From assembly GCF_006345805.1 (NCBI RefSeq), contig NC_042999.1:64666001-64730000 (forward strand): 64,000 bases of DNA, written 5' to 3'. A model generated the notes under the pieces. That model was given only the letters and a program-made list of their open reading frames with translations, was not told the DNA's origin and made no database searches. Of the stretch, positions 50,050 to 63,444 are shown piece after piece. Position 1 is the stretch's first letter. Each line of letters begins with the position of its first letter. Source of the stretch: Octopus sinensis. Taxonomy: Eukaryota. The position numbers and the translations under genes are program-made.

Positions 50050-50921
50050 AATGACAACTTCTAATAATTGGGTGTTTCAGGCAATGGGTTATATCAGTAT
50101 TCACTGGGCTATGCTTGTACTGAGTCATTTTGCACCCTTTCTAAAATAGACAAAGATCAAGCGGCAGAACTTGGACAGAAGAATCAGATAACTGCAAGAA
50201 ATGCACAGCACATTCCATCTTAAAAGTAATGCTAACCGACACTCTCTGCCAAGAAGAGAAGTTGGTAGAGGATTACTAGACGCGGAAGACACCGTTGGTA
50301 TTGTTTTACTGGTTCTGGAAAATTATGTCGCGCAGAATACAGTAAGAATAATTTCGGCAGCTGGAGACACACACACACACAAAAAAAGGGGAATTCAAAG
50401 AGAAAAGGAAGAGCCACAGAATAAACAAATGTAAATAAATGGAACTACGTGGCCAATTTATGTAACATAACAAAACTTTTGGAAGTGAAGATCACTGGCT
50501 TTTGTTGACGGACGTGAACTTGAAACGAGAGAGTAAATATGATAAAGGCAAAGATCGACAAAAATGAGTGCAGTATACTAGCACAAAAGGTGTATAAGCG
50601 TAGACATAAACGTATAGGCACAGAAATGCATTGGGATGTTAGCCGTATGTGTAGCTTGAAAACAAGAGAAATGTGGTATGAACATGAACCAGAGACTGAG
50701 ATAGAAAATGAAAATTACAAGGGATTGTGGTATTTCTCAATAAAGGATGACCGTGCTATTAAAAAAAGAACTACGGAAATCACTCTTCATCTAAAATGGA
50801 ATAAATATGATGATAATTTTAGCATGCATGTCAAAACAAAAGCGCCCTTGTTACTCTTGGCCTCCGGAGGATGCTCGGTACTAAGGCAGCTGAAATAAAG
50901 TTATAATGAAAGGAAACCATA
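50050..50921 (+). mobile_element. Old, decayed R4/Dong-type LINE 3' portion
   Basis: FHLKSNANRHSLPRREVGRGL and CSILAQKVYKRRHKRIGTEMHW..WYEHEP..ENE, followed by (GAT)n/(AAT)n at 50922-51016. Confidence 0.75.
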
Positions 50922-51016
50922 AATGATGATGATGATGATGATGAGATGATGATGATGATGATGATGATGATGATAATGATGATGATAATAATAATAACAA
51001 CAATAATAATGATAGC

Positions 51017-51487
51017 AAAAATCATGCCTCCTTATTGAGATGACTGTCCTAATCGACATAAATGTATCTGTGAAGACCTACCAAAAACCGAGCAAGTATA
51101 AAGATCTTAAAGTAGAAATTGGCAAAGTGTGGAACCTCAAGACTAAAACAATACCTGTTGTCATAGGTGCCCGAGGAATGATAGCAAAAGGGGCTGATTC
51201 CTACCTAGCTCAGACACCAGGAAACCCCAAAATGGCAGAAATTCAAAAGATAGTGCTCATGGGAATTGCTCATATTCAACGTAAAATACTGTCTATGTAA
51301 ACTCAAATTTTAAAACAAACTTTTAATTTTCTTATGTTTTCTTAAACACTCTCTAGAACAATATTATGTGCAAAACCAAATATATTGCACTCTAGGTATA
51401 ATACCAACTTGAACTTCTAACTTGTCTCTTGAGGTCTATGGGTGAGTCTTGGAGTCAACTTGTACAAATACAAAGCAAAACTCAAGC

Positions 51488-51490
<3 letters not shown>
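51017..51490 (+). mobile_element. R4/Dong-type LINE 3' end (second family)
   Basis: KSCLLIEMTV.ID.NVSVK..K.SKYKDL..EI..VWNL...IPVVIGARG, a 3' UTR, then (AAT)n at 51491-51570. Confidence 0.85.
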
Positions 51491-51570
<80 letters not shown>

Positions 51571-51573
<3 letters not shown>

Positions 51574-51991
51574 GATGGTATAGGCACACACCAGAAAAGG
51601 TCATGGAAAACGAGAAAGCAACCATACTCTGGGATATGCTAATACACACAGATAGAGAAATTAAGGCCAACAGACCAGATATAGTTGTCAGAGATCATGA
51701 AATAGATGTAACTAGTATGTGGAATCTAAAAACAGAAACAATTCCTATCATAGTAGGTGCATTAGGCATGATAAAAAATATTCAGACAGATACATAACAA
51801 AAACACCAGGACTTATAAGCACATATAACATACAGAAAATTGCACTACTAGGCACTGCACACATCCTACGCAGAACACTTTCAATACAGTAACCATCAGA
51901 GCATCACAACAAATCACAGCACATACCCAAGGCACACAGAGCTGCGCTCGGCAGTGAAGTGAAAGCACGTTATAAAAATAAAACTACTGAA
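51571..51991 (+). mobile_element. 5'-truncated, internally deleted copy of the 3' end of the downstream element
   Basis: Nearly identical to 55504-56028 but lacks the ~90-nt segment encoding KKCFLIDVSVP...SKYKD. Followed by (AAT)n at 51992-52062. Confidence 0.9.
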
Positions 51992-51993
51992 TG

Positions 51994-52062
<69 letters not shown>

Positions 52063-52063
<1 letters not shown>

Positions 52064-55000
52064 GAGAGAACACCGGGGGACTTTTAAGATGTAAGAAGGA
52101 AAATTCAGAGCTCCGAAACCTATCCACAAACATCGAAAACAAGGATATCCTATGGAGCCAAAGTTTTACTAACAAAGAATTGGACTATATCCGAGTAAGT
52201 AATACAAATTGAAATTTATTACTATTTTCGAAACGAAATTATGTATTTTGACTCGATATCATCTCCACCTCTAACGCAACACATGTAAACATGAGTGAAA
52301 CATCACGATCATCTCCGACCCCAAACACCATGTACAAAGGAACTACGAAGAAATTAAATGCCACCGATACTATTCAACCCAAGAATAACAATCGAGCGGT
52401 ACGTACATTAAACCTACGACAAAAAATGTACGAAAAACTACACGTGCGAAATAATGTGACAACAGAAATAAACGGACCGGTACCCCACGAAAATGACGAC
52501 CGTCAAAATAATGGGCCGGACGTTGTACCTCATGTCCCGCAAATAAAACCCAAAAGACGTAAATGGACACGTGAGGAATACATTTCTATCTTACACGCAT
52601 ACTTCACAGCAGTACTCTACCCAAAAAATGAAAATACAACAACACATACATATAAAATATGGAAGGAAAATAATAGAGATTTAGACTTGGATACAGCAAT
52701 GAACCCTAATAAATTAGCTAACGTACGAAGATACATTCTCAACACAAAAAAAATATCAGAAATAGAAATAGAACACCTAAAAGAAAACATACACCAGGAA
52801 AATGTAGATAGAAGCCACACAACAATGCCCAATAATATAACACTGAAACTGTAAAACACGAAGACAAACGCAACATTCCCAACAAACACGATGTAAACAA
52901 CGAAGGGGAGCCTTATGATTATGATAATATAAAAAATAAAATAATCAAAGAACTGAAAACCACAGAGCTCAAAATGGACCACCGACCATACCTCCCAAGA
53001 ATCAAAATAAACGAAATAACAACACCTATTATAAACAGCATAAACCTAGCCGTCACTGAACTGATAGCCACTGAATAAAAAAAAAGTGAGCTAAATAACC
53101 TAATATACACAGCAGCCACTGCAGCCACAAAAGAAGCCGGATACTCACCCAAACCCGCCCAAACAGGAGTACCACCACCCAAACAAACCCTGTGGATAAA
53201 TAACATCCAAAGTAAAATAAAAAAAAATAGAAAAGACCTGTCGATTCTTAATGAAATCAGCAAAGAATCAACGCTACTGAGCAACAAAAAGAGAACAAAA
53301 ATACTCCGCAAATATAACATCACAGAAAAAGATTTGCCTGAAATAAAAGAAAAGCTGAAGCAAGATATCCTTGCCAAAGCACAAAGGATCCGCCGGTACA
53401 AGAAACGCCAACGCTTCTTTGAAGAAAACAAAAAGTTCAACTCCAACCCCAAAAAGTTCTACCAAGAACTGGGCAAAAATAAAATAGAAGTCACTGCAGC
53501 ACCAACGGCAGAAGAATTGGAAGAATTCTGGGGAGAAATATGGTCGGCGAACGAACCACCAAAAAAAAGGAGTATCAAAATAACAAACTCGGCATCTGAA
53601 CAAATTTGGACCCCCATAACAACTGAAGAGGTCACCCAGGCACTGCAAAGACTAAGCAACTGGAAGGCACCTGGGCATGACAAGATCCCCAACTTCTGGT
53701 TGAAATATCTAACAGGAATGCACAAAAAGCTGGCTGAAAACTTTAACAACGTACTAGCAGAGCCAGAGACAATGCCTGAATGGCTCACGAAGGGGAAAAC
53801 CATCTTAATTCCCAAATCAAATGAAACAGAAAAACCAGAAAACTACAGACCAATAACCTGCCTCCCTACTATGTTCAAGGCATTTACTGCAGTGATATCA
53901 CAAAGGCTGAACAAGCACCTGGACGAAAACAAACTGTTCCCAGAAGAGCAGAAAGGATGCCGCAAAGGCTCATATGGCTGTAAAGATCAACTAATGATTA
54001 ATAAAGCCATAACTGAAGACAGCCACAGAAAGAAGAAAGGCCTCAGTATGGCCTGGATTGACTACAAAAAGGCGTTTGATAGCATCCCCCACACATGGAT
54101 CCTCGAAACACTAGCCATTAACAAAGTAGCACCAACAATCATAAAATTCATAGAGCACTCTATGAATAAATGGCAAACAGTCCTACACCTCCAAACAAAA
54201 GAGGGACTCATGAAAACCAAAGACATCCCCATTAGAAAGAGGAATATTCCAGGGAGATACGCTCTCTCCACTCCTTTTCTGTTTGGCACTGTCACCTCTA
54301 TCTGATATGCTAAATAAAACTGGATGCGGATATAAATGTTACGGCAAAACGATCAGCCACCTTTTATATATGGATGACCTAAAACTATACGCTGCAAATG
54401 ACAAACAGCTGGAAACACTATTAAAGACAGTTCATGGATTTACCAAAGAAATAGATATGAAATTTGGATTAGAAAAATGCGCCAAAGTAACCATGAAAAG
54501 AGGAAAACTAGTTAAGAGTAACAACATCACACTAGATGAAGCAAATGAAATAAAAGAATTAGACCAAAGCCAAACTTACAAATACTTAGGAATCCATGAA
54601 CTAGATAAGACACACACACACAAATGAAAGAGAAAATAAAAAAAGAATATTATAGACGAGTTAGATCAATACTAAACACAGAGCTCAATGCTAAAAACAA
54701 GATAATAGGTATCAACACTTTAGCTGTCCCAGTTATAAGTTACAGCTACAATATCCTTAACTGGACACGAAATGAACTGACCAAAATAGACAGGAAAACA
54801 AGAAAAATAATGACAGGATCTAGGATGCATCACCCAAAATGACATAGAAAGACTATATATACAACGTATAGAAGGTGGTAGAGGCCTTATACAGCTGGAA
54901 AACTACTATAAAATAACCACCATAGGACTGCAAAAATATCTACTTCAGAAGGAAGGAAAACTGATCCAGATAGCGGCAAAACACGAGCAAAACAAAAAAC

Positions 55001-56023
55001 TGTTCTCAGTATTTAAGGAAGCTGACAAATACAAACAAGAAATCATACCACCTAATAAACATGAAGAAGAAGAAGAAGATGAAGAAACAACAAAAGCTAT
55101 AAAAAAAATGAAATCCAAACTAAAAATAGAACAGCAACGAACCATGATAAAACGATGGCAAGAAAAGCCCCTTCATGGTAAATACTGGACTAAACTAAAC
55201 GCAAAAGAAATAGACAAAGAAAAATCCCAGCAATGGTTGAGAAGCTCAGGACTCAAAGCAAAAACAGAGGGAGTTTTAATTGCAGCACAAGACTAAAGCC
55301 TCCCCACCAGAAATTACCAAAGACATGTAATGAAAAGAAATATTACAAGTAACTGCAGAATATGTGGAGATGGACAAGAAACAATAAATCATATTATCTC
55401 TAGCTGCCCAGTCCTGGCTAAGAAGGAATATATTCACAGACATGACAGAGTTGGAACTTACATACATTGGAAGCTATGCCAACATTATGGAATAACAACA
55501 GAAAAAAGATGGTATAGGCACACACCAGAAAAGGTCACAGAAAACGAGAAAGCAACCATACTCTGGGATATGCCGATACACACAGATAGAGAAATTAAGG
55601 CCAACAGACCAGATATAGTTGTCAGAGACCACGAAGAAAAAAAATGCTTTCTAATTGATGTATCAGTACCGGCAGATGACAACGTGTCTCTAAAAGAAAT
55701 GGAGAAACTCTCAAAATACAAAGACCTGGAAATAGAGGTAACTAGAATGTGGAATCTGAAAACAGAAACAATTCCTATCATAGTAGGTGCATTAGGCATG
55801 ATAAAAAAATATTCAGACAAATACATAACAAAAACACCAGGACTTACAAACACATATAACATACAGAAAATTGCACTACTAGGCACTGCACACATCCTAC
55901 GCAGAACACTTTCCATACAATAACCATCAGAGCATCACAACAAATCCCAGCACATACCCAAGGCACACAGAGCTGCGCTCGGTAGTGAAGTGAAAGCACG
56001 CTATAAAAATAAAAATAAAACTA

Positions 56024-56028
<5 letters not shown>
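52063..56028 (+). mobile_element. Near-full-length R4/Dong-clade RLE non-LTR retrotransposon (single ORF, now frameshifted)
   Basis: N-terminal Myb-like RRKWTREE...NKLANVRRYIL. RT motifs: WKAPGHD, YRPITCLPT, QKGCR, IDYKKAFDS, LLYMDDLKL, YKYLG. CCHC knuckle CRIC..ETINHIISSC; RHD; RPDIV..LIDVSVP..K..KY endonuclease. (AAT)n lies on both sides. Confidence 0.92.
52291..55923 (+). pseudogene. Myb-like/RT/CCHC/RLE polyprotein with stops and frameshifts
   Basis: Track ORFs 52291-52854, 53334-54305, 54283-54627, 54624-54842 and 55330-55923 are colinear pieces. Confidence 0.88.
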
Positions 56029-56068
<40 letters not shown>

Positions 56069-56088
56069 TAATAATAATAATAATAATG

Positions 56089-56132
<44 letters not shown>

Positions 56133-56133
56133 T
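56029..56133. repeat. (AAT)n tail/target of the LINE
   Basis: Directly visible. Confidence 0.95.
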
Positions 56134-56911
56134 CTTAACTTGGCACATAGCCACATATTTGTTTCGACGTTCGAACCGATTGAATCGACTATTGGACTTA
56201 TCTAGTTCTTATTTTCCCGATCCCAAGGAGACGAAAGATAAAGTGTGACTATGCGAGATTTGAACACTGAATGTAAACGCATTTAAAGAAATATAGCCAA
56301 GCGTACCAACCGATGCGTTTATTGATTTCGTCAATCCACCAATGTGATAATGGCGATAATTATAATTAATGGTGAAGAGACCGGCTGAGTGGAAATTTAT
56401 ATATAATTCACTAATTTACAGAAGTGAGATCGAGTCCACTTGAGACACGAGAATATCTAAACAGGCAAATGAATGAATCATCGAAAGCATGATTGTATGA
56501 ATGAAATAAAGAATGGGGCCTGAAGGGTAGTGAAAGCATTTGATTATCTAATTAAGGGAATTGTTGTCAATAATATTATCGTGATTACTAAATGAAAATA
56601 GAGAAAAAAGAAAAGCAAACCGCATTAAAAAAAAACAGCTAGAAATGAGGGCAGATGTGAAGAGAAAGCTAAAAAGAGTTTGATGACAAAAACATCTGTG
56701 AGACGCCATAAACGTTAGTCTTTCTTTGCTTCATTAGCAGATATTTGAACAAGATGCTTGTCGACAATGTACTATAATAGTAGTACTATCATTACTGTAA
56801 TGACTAACAGCACCGCCGCCACTTCCATCACCGCCGCCGCCGCCGCCACCGCCCTTTACCATCGTCATCATCACCATCCTCGTTATTATCGTCATCATCA
56901 CCAGCACCATC

Positions 56912-57270
56912 GTGGAGGCGCAATGGCCCAATGTTTAGGGCAGCGGACTCGCGGTCGGAGGATCGCGGTTTCGATTCCCAGACCGGGCATTGTGTGTGTG
57001 TTTATTGAGCGAAAAACACCTCAAAGCTCCACAAGTCTCCGGCAGGGGGTGGTGGCGACCCCTGTTGTACTCTTTCGCTCCAACTTTCTCTCACTCTTTT
57101 TTCCTGTTTCTTGTCCCCGACTTCCTACGCAACCACTGAGCCTGGATGCGCATTCATCCATCCGTCGATGCTCTCGGTGTCGGGGGTTGACCTGCTGTCT
57201 TTTCTGCGGGTCTTACGAATAGCAAAGGACCACGTTTCGGACTTCTCCCACGAAGACCGCTTCGCTCAAC
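56912..57270 (+). mobile_element. tRNA-derived SINE family D, tail type 2
   Basis: Same head and body as 46535-46926 up to cctgtttct, then an unrelated 3' tail. Embedded in a (CAT/CAC)n tract. Confidence 0.85.
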
Positions 57271-58405
57271 ATCAACAGCACACCGGCACCATCAACACGA
57301 CCATCATTAACATCACCATCACCAGCACCATCACCACTATCAACACCATCGCCACCAGCACTGCCACCACGATCACCAATATCACTTCTAGCCCCGACTA
57401 CCACCACTACCACCGCTGCCCCCCACCATCCTCGTAATCCTCATGTTCGTCATCGCTTTCCTCCTTATTGTCGTCGTCGTTATCGTACTCATTAACTTCA
57501 CGATGCTGGTCATTACATGACAGTATTACAAGACAATAAATGGATCTCCGTCGATTTCGATGATTAGTATTCCAGCTGCACGACCAACTGGATCGCCTGT
57601 GCAATGAATCTGTGTTTTCGTGGCTCAGTATTTTTCAGATATTAGTATCTTTAACGTAACAAACGTGGCAAAATGCGTGACAAAGCCGACCCATTTGTTT
57701 TACCGGTACAATCCATGTAAGCTTTCAGTAGTTACCATTTTCAGGATTTTACATGGGGTTGACTCAGGGCTGTGGAAAAATACATTTGCTTAAGCTTTCA
57801 AACGGTGGATTCGAACCGGTGATCTAAAAATATTAAAGCAAATTTCTTAATCACTTCATCATATTTGCGTACAAACCAGTACACATATACACATTTTCAC
57901 ATACATGCATTCATATACAAACAATTTCGCTTATACTTACACATCTACATGCACTTACAAACTCATATTCATACTTATACTGGCATATATACACATACAC
58001 TGACACATACAATGATAGTAAAATACAATAAAAAGCCTTCACGCTCACTCAGAGTTACATTCAAACATACACGCTTTACACGTACACAGACACAGGCATT
58101 CGTGACTATACACATATAACACGAACGTAGAACAAAATATCTTTTGACGAACGTTGACAATAGATGTTTTCGAGTCCTAGAATAATAACTGAATGTGAAA
58201 TCTCTGACTTGCAAGTCAATGTTATTCATTGATCACAGAAGAGGTAAACATTAGCTCTAGTATAATAGCAGAATGATTAAATTATATAGGGAAAGGGTAA
58301 GATCCAGTTGAGTCAAGAACATGATCCAGTTTCGATTCCCAATCGATGAAATTTCACTTATATCGATACTGTATTTGGGAAGAACACGAGCATCATCAGA
58401 TCTCT

Positions 58406-58693
58406 CTTTACTCTTTTAATCTTTTACTTGTTTCAGTCATTTGACTGCGGCCATGCTGGAGCACCGCCTTTAGTCGAGCAAATCGACCCCAGGACCTATT
58501 CTTTGTAAGCCTGGTATTTATTATATCGGTCACTTTGCCGAAACGCTAAGTTACGGGGACGTAAACACACCAGCATCGGTTGTCAAGCGATGTTGGGGGT
58601 CAAACACAGACACACAAACACACACATATATATATACATATACATATATACGACGGGCTTCTTTCAGTTTCCGTCTACCAAATCCACTCACAA
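58406..58693 (-). mobile_element. SINE family A, 5'-truncated
   Basis: Homology ends at ccactcacaa. Confidence 0.9.
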
Positions 58694-58759
58694 TAGTGCT
58701 CGTGCATGCATATACAGCTGCGTGCGTGCGCACATACACGCGAGTACTGTCCAAATCTC

Positions 58760-59030
58760 CGACCAATTACATACAGTTAGCTGGCATTCAATTGGCGTAT
58801 CAAGTTTCGGGCATTTTGATCGGGTTTTGGATAGAAAATCCCAAAAAATGTCACTTCTATTGATTTTTTAATGGCTTTCCGGGATGATTGAGGAAATGTA
58901 AAGATGTGCACGATCTTCCTTGGACAGTTTTGAATGACCATAGAAGGTGCAAGCCCTCTAACTGAAAAATTATGGATTTGTATAAAGGACACACACACAG
59001 ACATTTTGCCGTTTATATATAGAGAGATGA
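58760..59030 (+). repeat. Probable dispersed repeat, possibly Helentron/DINE-like
   Basis: Ends acacagacattttgccgtttatatatagag, resembling HINE/DINE 3' ends. Not verifiable from this window. Confidence 0.3.
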
Positions 59031-59986
59031 CGCTTGTAGCGCAAAGTTCGCAACTGCACGAGTGCAGCACTTGGTTAGATATACTTTTAGGTTCGCTAAA
59101 TTCTACCAGCTCAATAACATTGCAGCATCCACTTGATAGCAATTCCATGATTGTGTCATCTGATTAGCAATTCTATAATAGCAACAAATGGTTATTAACC
59201 TTCCAGAACTCATTTAACTTTCACTAAAATAACAGACGTTAATAATATCTTAGCAATAATATATATATACAAAGGTAATCATAGGATGAAAATGAAGCCT
59301 TTATTTTAGTGATTCGTAACACACGAGCTAATAAAACGCTTGTGTTGTTCAAAATTATTGCCAGTAATTAATGGCGACACATTTCAGTCCGGCGAAAACC
59401 ACTTACGGTTTTGTTGACTCAGCTCAGTGATATGAAACGAAACACCAACACTTTCGGCTGGTTGTTTAGTACCTTATCCACCCTGCCATCGTGTAATTAC
59501 AACAAAACACATATACTTCATTTATTAAATACTTCATCATAATGCTATTAAAGTATAAGACAATTTATTTACATAGAGATAAAGACCAGAGTATATACTG
59601 GTATATAGAAAAAGTTACCAGACGTCCATATATTTTTTGTGCATTTGAGAGCAAAATACACTGAAATTCTTTTAACCGGAATTCGAAACGAAGTACTGCT
59701 TCGTTGGAAGAAAGATTACATTTTGTGCTGTTGTTGTGTAGCTTCAGGTCAAATCAGATTGAAACTATTAATCATAAAGTTTCAAGAACGCAATTTCTAT
59801 CTTATTTTTGGACAGTGTATCTTCTAGAACTATTGCCCAACTTGTGTGCTCCTATATTAATACGGCATGAGATTTGAGGAGATTTTGTTGGTGTACTTTC
59901 TTTAGCAGGTTAAACAACCACGAAGAAATTTTCTCGGTTGACTACCATGAAAATACATAAGTAATTGTTATATAAAATCTGGAAAT

Positions 59987-60160
59987 TCTTTTACTCTTTT
60001 ACTCTTTTACTTGTTTCAGTCATTTGACTGTGGCCATGCTGGAGCACCGCCTTTAGTCGAGCAAATCGACCCCAGGACTTATTCTTCGTAAACCTAGTAC
60101 TTATTCTATCGGTCAAGCGATGTTGGGGGCACAAACACAGACACACAAACACACACCCAT

Positions 60161-60205
<45 letters not shown>

Positions 60206-60247
60206 TATATACACACACATATACGACGGGCGATGTTGGGGGCACAA

Positions 60248-60292
<45 letters not shown>

Positions 60293-60456
60293 CGACGGGC
60301 TTCTTTCAGTTTCCGTCTACCAAATCTACTCACAAGGCTTTGGTCGGCCTGCGGCTATAGTAGAAGACACTTGGCCAATGTGCCACGCAGTGGGACTGAA
60401 CCCGGAACCATGTGGTTCATAAGCAAGCTACTTACCACACAGCCTCTCTTACGCCT
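59987..60456 (-). mobile_element. SINE family A with an internal deletion and a duplicated microsatellite module
   Basis: gcgatgttgggggcacaaacac...atacgacggg occurs twice (60117-60230 and 60229-60299). Confidence 0.9.
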
Positions 60457-60814
60457 GATAATTTATAACTGATAAATTAGTTATAAGCTGAGAGTGTCAT
60501 GCCTCGACATTAAGTTAAAAGACATCAAAAATCGATGACCTTTGTATAGATTCTGATGTACAGTTCACACCATGTCGTTACGAAACATACTCTGATGTAC
60601 AGCACTCTTCACACCACATCGGCCATTGATTAAGCTTATGATCCTGTATTTATTATAAGAGTTGTGTGACGGGTAGTTCTGTGTTTTTGCATTCCTAAAT
60701 TGCTTTATGATCTCGAACCTTGAACCTTGTTACAACAACTGAAAAATGGAATCTGTGTTGCAGTCCAGGCAGGGTTGGGTTCGATTTTATTCTTCACCAT
60801 CTCCTCCTCCACTT

Positions 60815-61290
60815 CCTGATGATGATGATGATTATGATGATGGTGATGATATCGTCGTCGTCGTCATCGCTGTCGTCACCACCACCACCACCACCACCAT
60901 CACCACCACCACCACCAACATCATCATCATCCTCATTATCACCACCACCACCACCACCACCACCACCATCACCATCATCATTACCACTACCACCACCATC
61001 ATCATCACCATCATCATCACCACCATTATCCTCATCATCACCACCACCACCACCATCACCCCCATCATCATTACCACCACCACCACCACCACCACCACAC
61101 CAACAGCACCACCACCACCACCACCACCACCACCACCACCACCACCATCATCATCATTACCACTACCACCACCATCATCATCATCACCAACACCACCACC
61201 ACCACCACCATCACCCCCATCATCATTACCACCACCACCACCACCACCACCAACAGCACCACTACCACCACCACCACCACCATCATCGTT
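60815..61290. repeat. Long degenerate (CAC/CAT)n microsatellite
   Basis: Directly visible; source of the poly-P/H/T ORFs. Confidence 0.92.
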
Positions 61291-61409
61291 CAGCGGTTAC
61301 ATTCGTAGAAACGACGAACGAACGAATAACAGAATTTGTTTTTCAACGTGTCTGTTTTAAAGATGTCTTTTAATTAATTCCGCTAGAAATAACATTAGTG
61401 CCACATAGG

Positions 61410-61450
61410 TGATTTCATCGATAACATCATCGTAATCATTATCCTCGTCG

Positions 61451-61497
<47 letters not shown>

Positions 61498-61706
61498 GTC
61501 ATTATCTTCATCATAGCCACCGCCGTTGCACACCACGACGATGACTATCACCACGACCACCACGACCATCACGACCACCACGACGACGACCACCACCACC
61601 ATTTTCGTCACCGGGACTATCATTACCACACTCATCATAACCACGAATACCATCGCTATCACTACTGCATCATCATCATCATCATCATGATCATCGTCGT
61701 CATCAT

Positions 61707-61747
<41 letters not shown>

Positions 61748-61960
61748 GTAGCAGCAACATTAATAGCAGTAGGAGTAGTAGACGTAACAGCACAAGAATC
61801 ATCATCACCATCATCGGCATGATTGTTATTTTTTGTCATCAGAACCACCAACCTAACGATCTCATAATTACCATTATCATCATAATCATCATCATCTGTC
61901 TCATCATGCCTCGCTTTCATCCTAAACATCAACAAGTCTTTATCGGTGTTGTCATTATTA

Positions 61961-62002
<42 letters not shown>

Positions 62003-62025
62003 TATTATTATTATTATTATTATTA
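61410..62025. repeat. (CAT)n/(CAC)n/(CAG)n/(TTA)n compound low-complexity block
   Basis: Directly visible. Confidence 0.9.
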
Positions 62026-62718
62026 AAATGTCGTTGTCATTTATATTTTTCTTCTATTTTTGAAAGCTTCCCATTTAATTAGAATTATTGAAATAAAATA
62101 CTAAAATGAATGGTAATTAGAGCCAATTGTTAAAGGAATCATTTAGCAACAGTTGTTTTTTTTTTTTAAATCAGAGAAGAGCTCTGCTAAATACATACAT
62201 GCAAACAATTAAATAACAAACAAACTTCGAAAAACAAAAAAGGAAAAAAAACCCAAAAAACAAAGTCACTGCAAGAAAAAAAGAACAAAACACAAAACAT
62301 AAAATAAAAAGAAAAATACATTATAACTTCGTAAGTGGACATTGAAAATACGTATATGTGTGTGTGTGTGTATGTATATTTATATATGGATGTAAAATAT
62401 ATACGTATATATATATGCATATATATACATGTACATACATACAGATATATATATATATATATATATGCCTATATACATCCATATATATATATATATATAT
62501 TGATGTATATATATATATATATATATACATACATACATAGAGATATATATGTGTATATATATATGCATCCATATATATATATTGTTGTATATATATGCAT
62601 ATATATATACAATATATATATATATGGATGCATATATATACGCATATATATCTCTATGTATGTATGTATGTATGTATATATATATATATCTATGTATGTA
62701 TGTATGTATGTATGTATG

Positions 62719-62754
<36 letters not shown>

Positions 62755-63444
62755 AGGTATGCATGCGTGTGTGTGTTTCTGAACAGACGGTGTAATGAAG
62801 CAACGAACTAAAAGAGCAAGTGAGCAGCAAATCAAAGAATGACAGTAACAACAAGAATAAAACCAATGTCAGCATTACCGCCACCACCGACGACCACAAC
62901 AGTAGCAACAACAACAACTACGTGCAAGGACATCACTTCCATATCTTGCAATTTGTCGAGTGGAATACCAGAAATATCCGTCTTCTCCAGACTTGCTCTT
63001 CTCCCTGTCCGCACTCAACCTTCCCACGTCACCGCAAAATTTACAGACAAGCCTTTTATAGAGATGACAGCGTCTTGACAGCGCGATCTCAACATTCTAA
63101 GGAAGTAGCTATGCCAACACTATTTTAATAATCTAGAAATTTTGTTCTACGTCAAGAGACTTAAAATAGCACCTACCAAACATGTTTGCTTTCTTAATGA
63201 GCAACACCAAAGACCATCGAAAGCAAAAATAACACGGAGGATAAAGACGGCCGAAATGCCGCTAAGCATTTTTCCCGGCGTGCTAACGATTCGGACAAAC
63301 AATAACTACACCACATTCACCGATAGCAACATCAACAACAGTAGCCAAGACGACGGAAGCAAAAGCAAAAAGAAAATCGCATCAACAGCGACGATAACAG
63401 GATTATGAATAACAAACCAACACTAAATTCTTCCTAATTTTGTC

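Noticed and set aside
52063-52290. HDV-like ribozyme at the 5' end of the RLE LINE
   Set aside because: Expected by analogy with R2/R4, but I could not identify the nested double pseudoknot by eye.
53459-53815. Antisense ORFs over LINEs (also 55485-55916, 3741-4022, 11080-11430)
   Set aside because: Shadow frames of retrotransposon coding sequence.
60720-61373. 217-aa Pro/His-rich ORF and overlapping Thr-rich ORF
   Set aside because: They are microsatellite translations that stay open in several frames because the repeat lacks stops.
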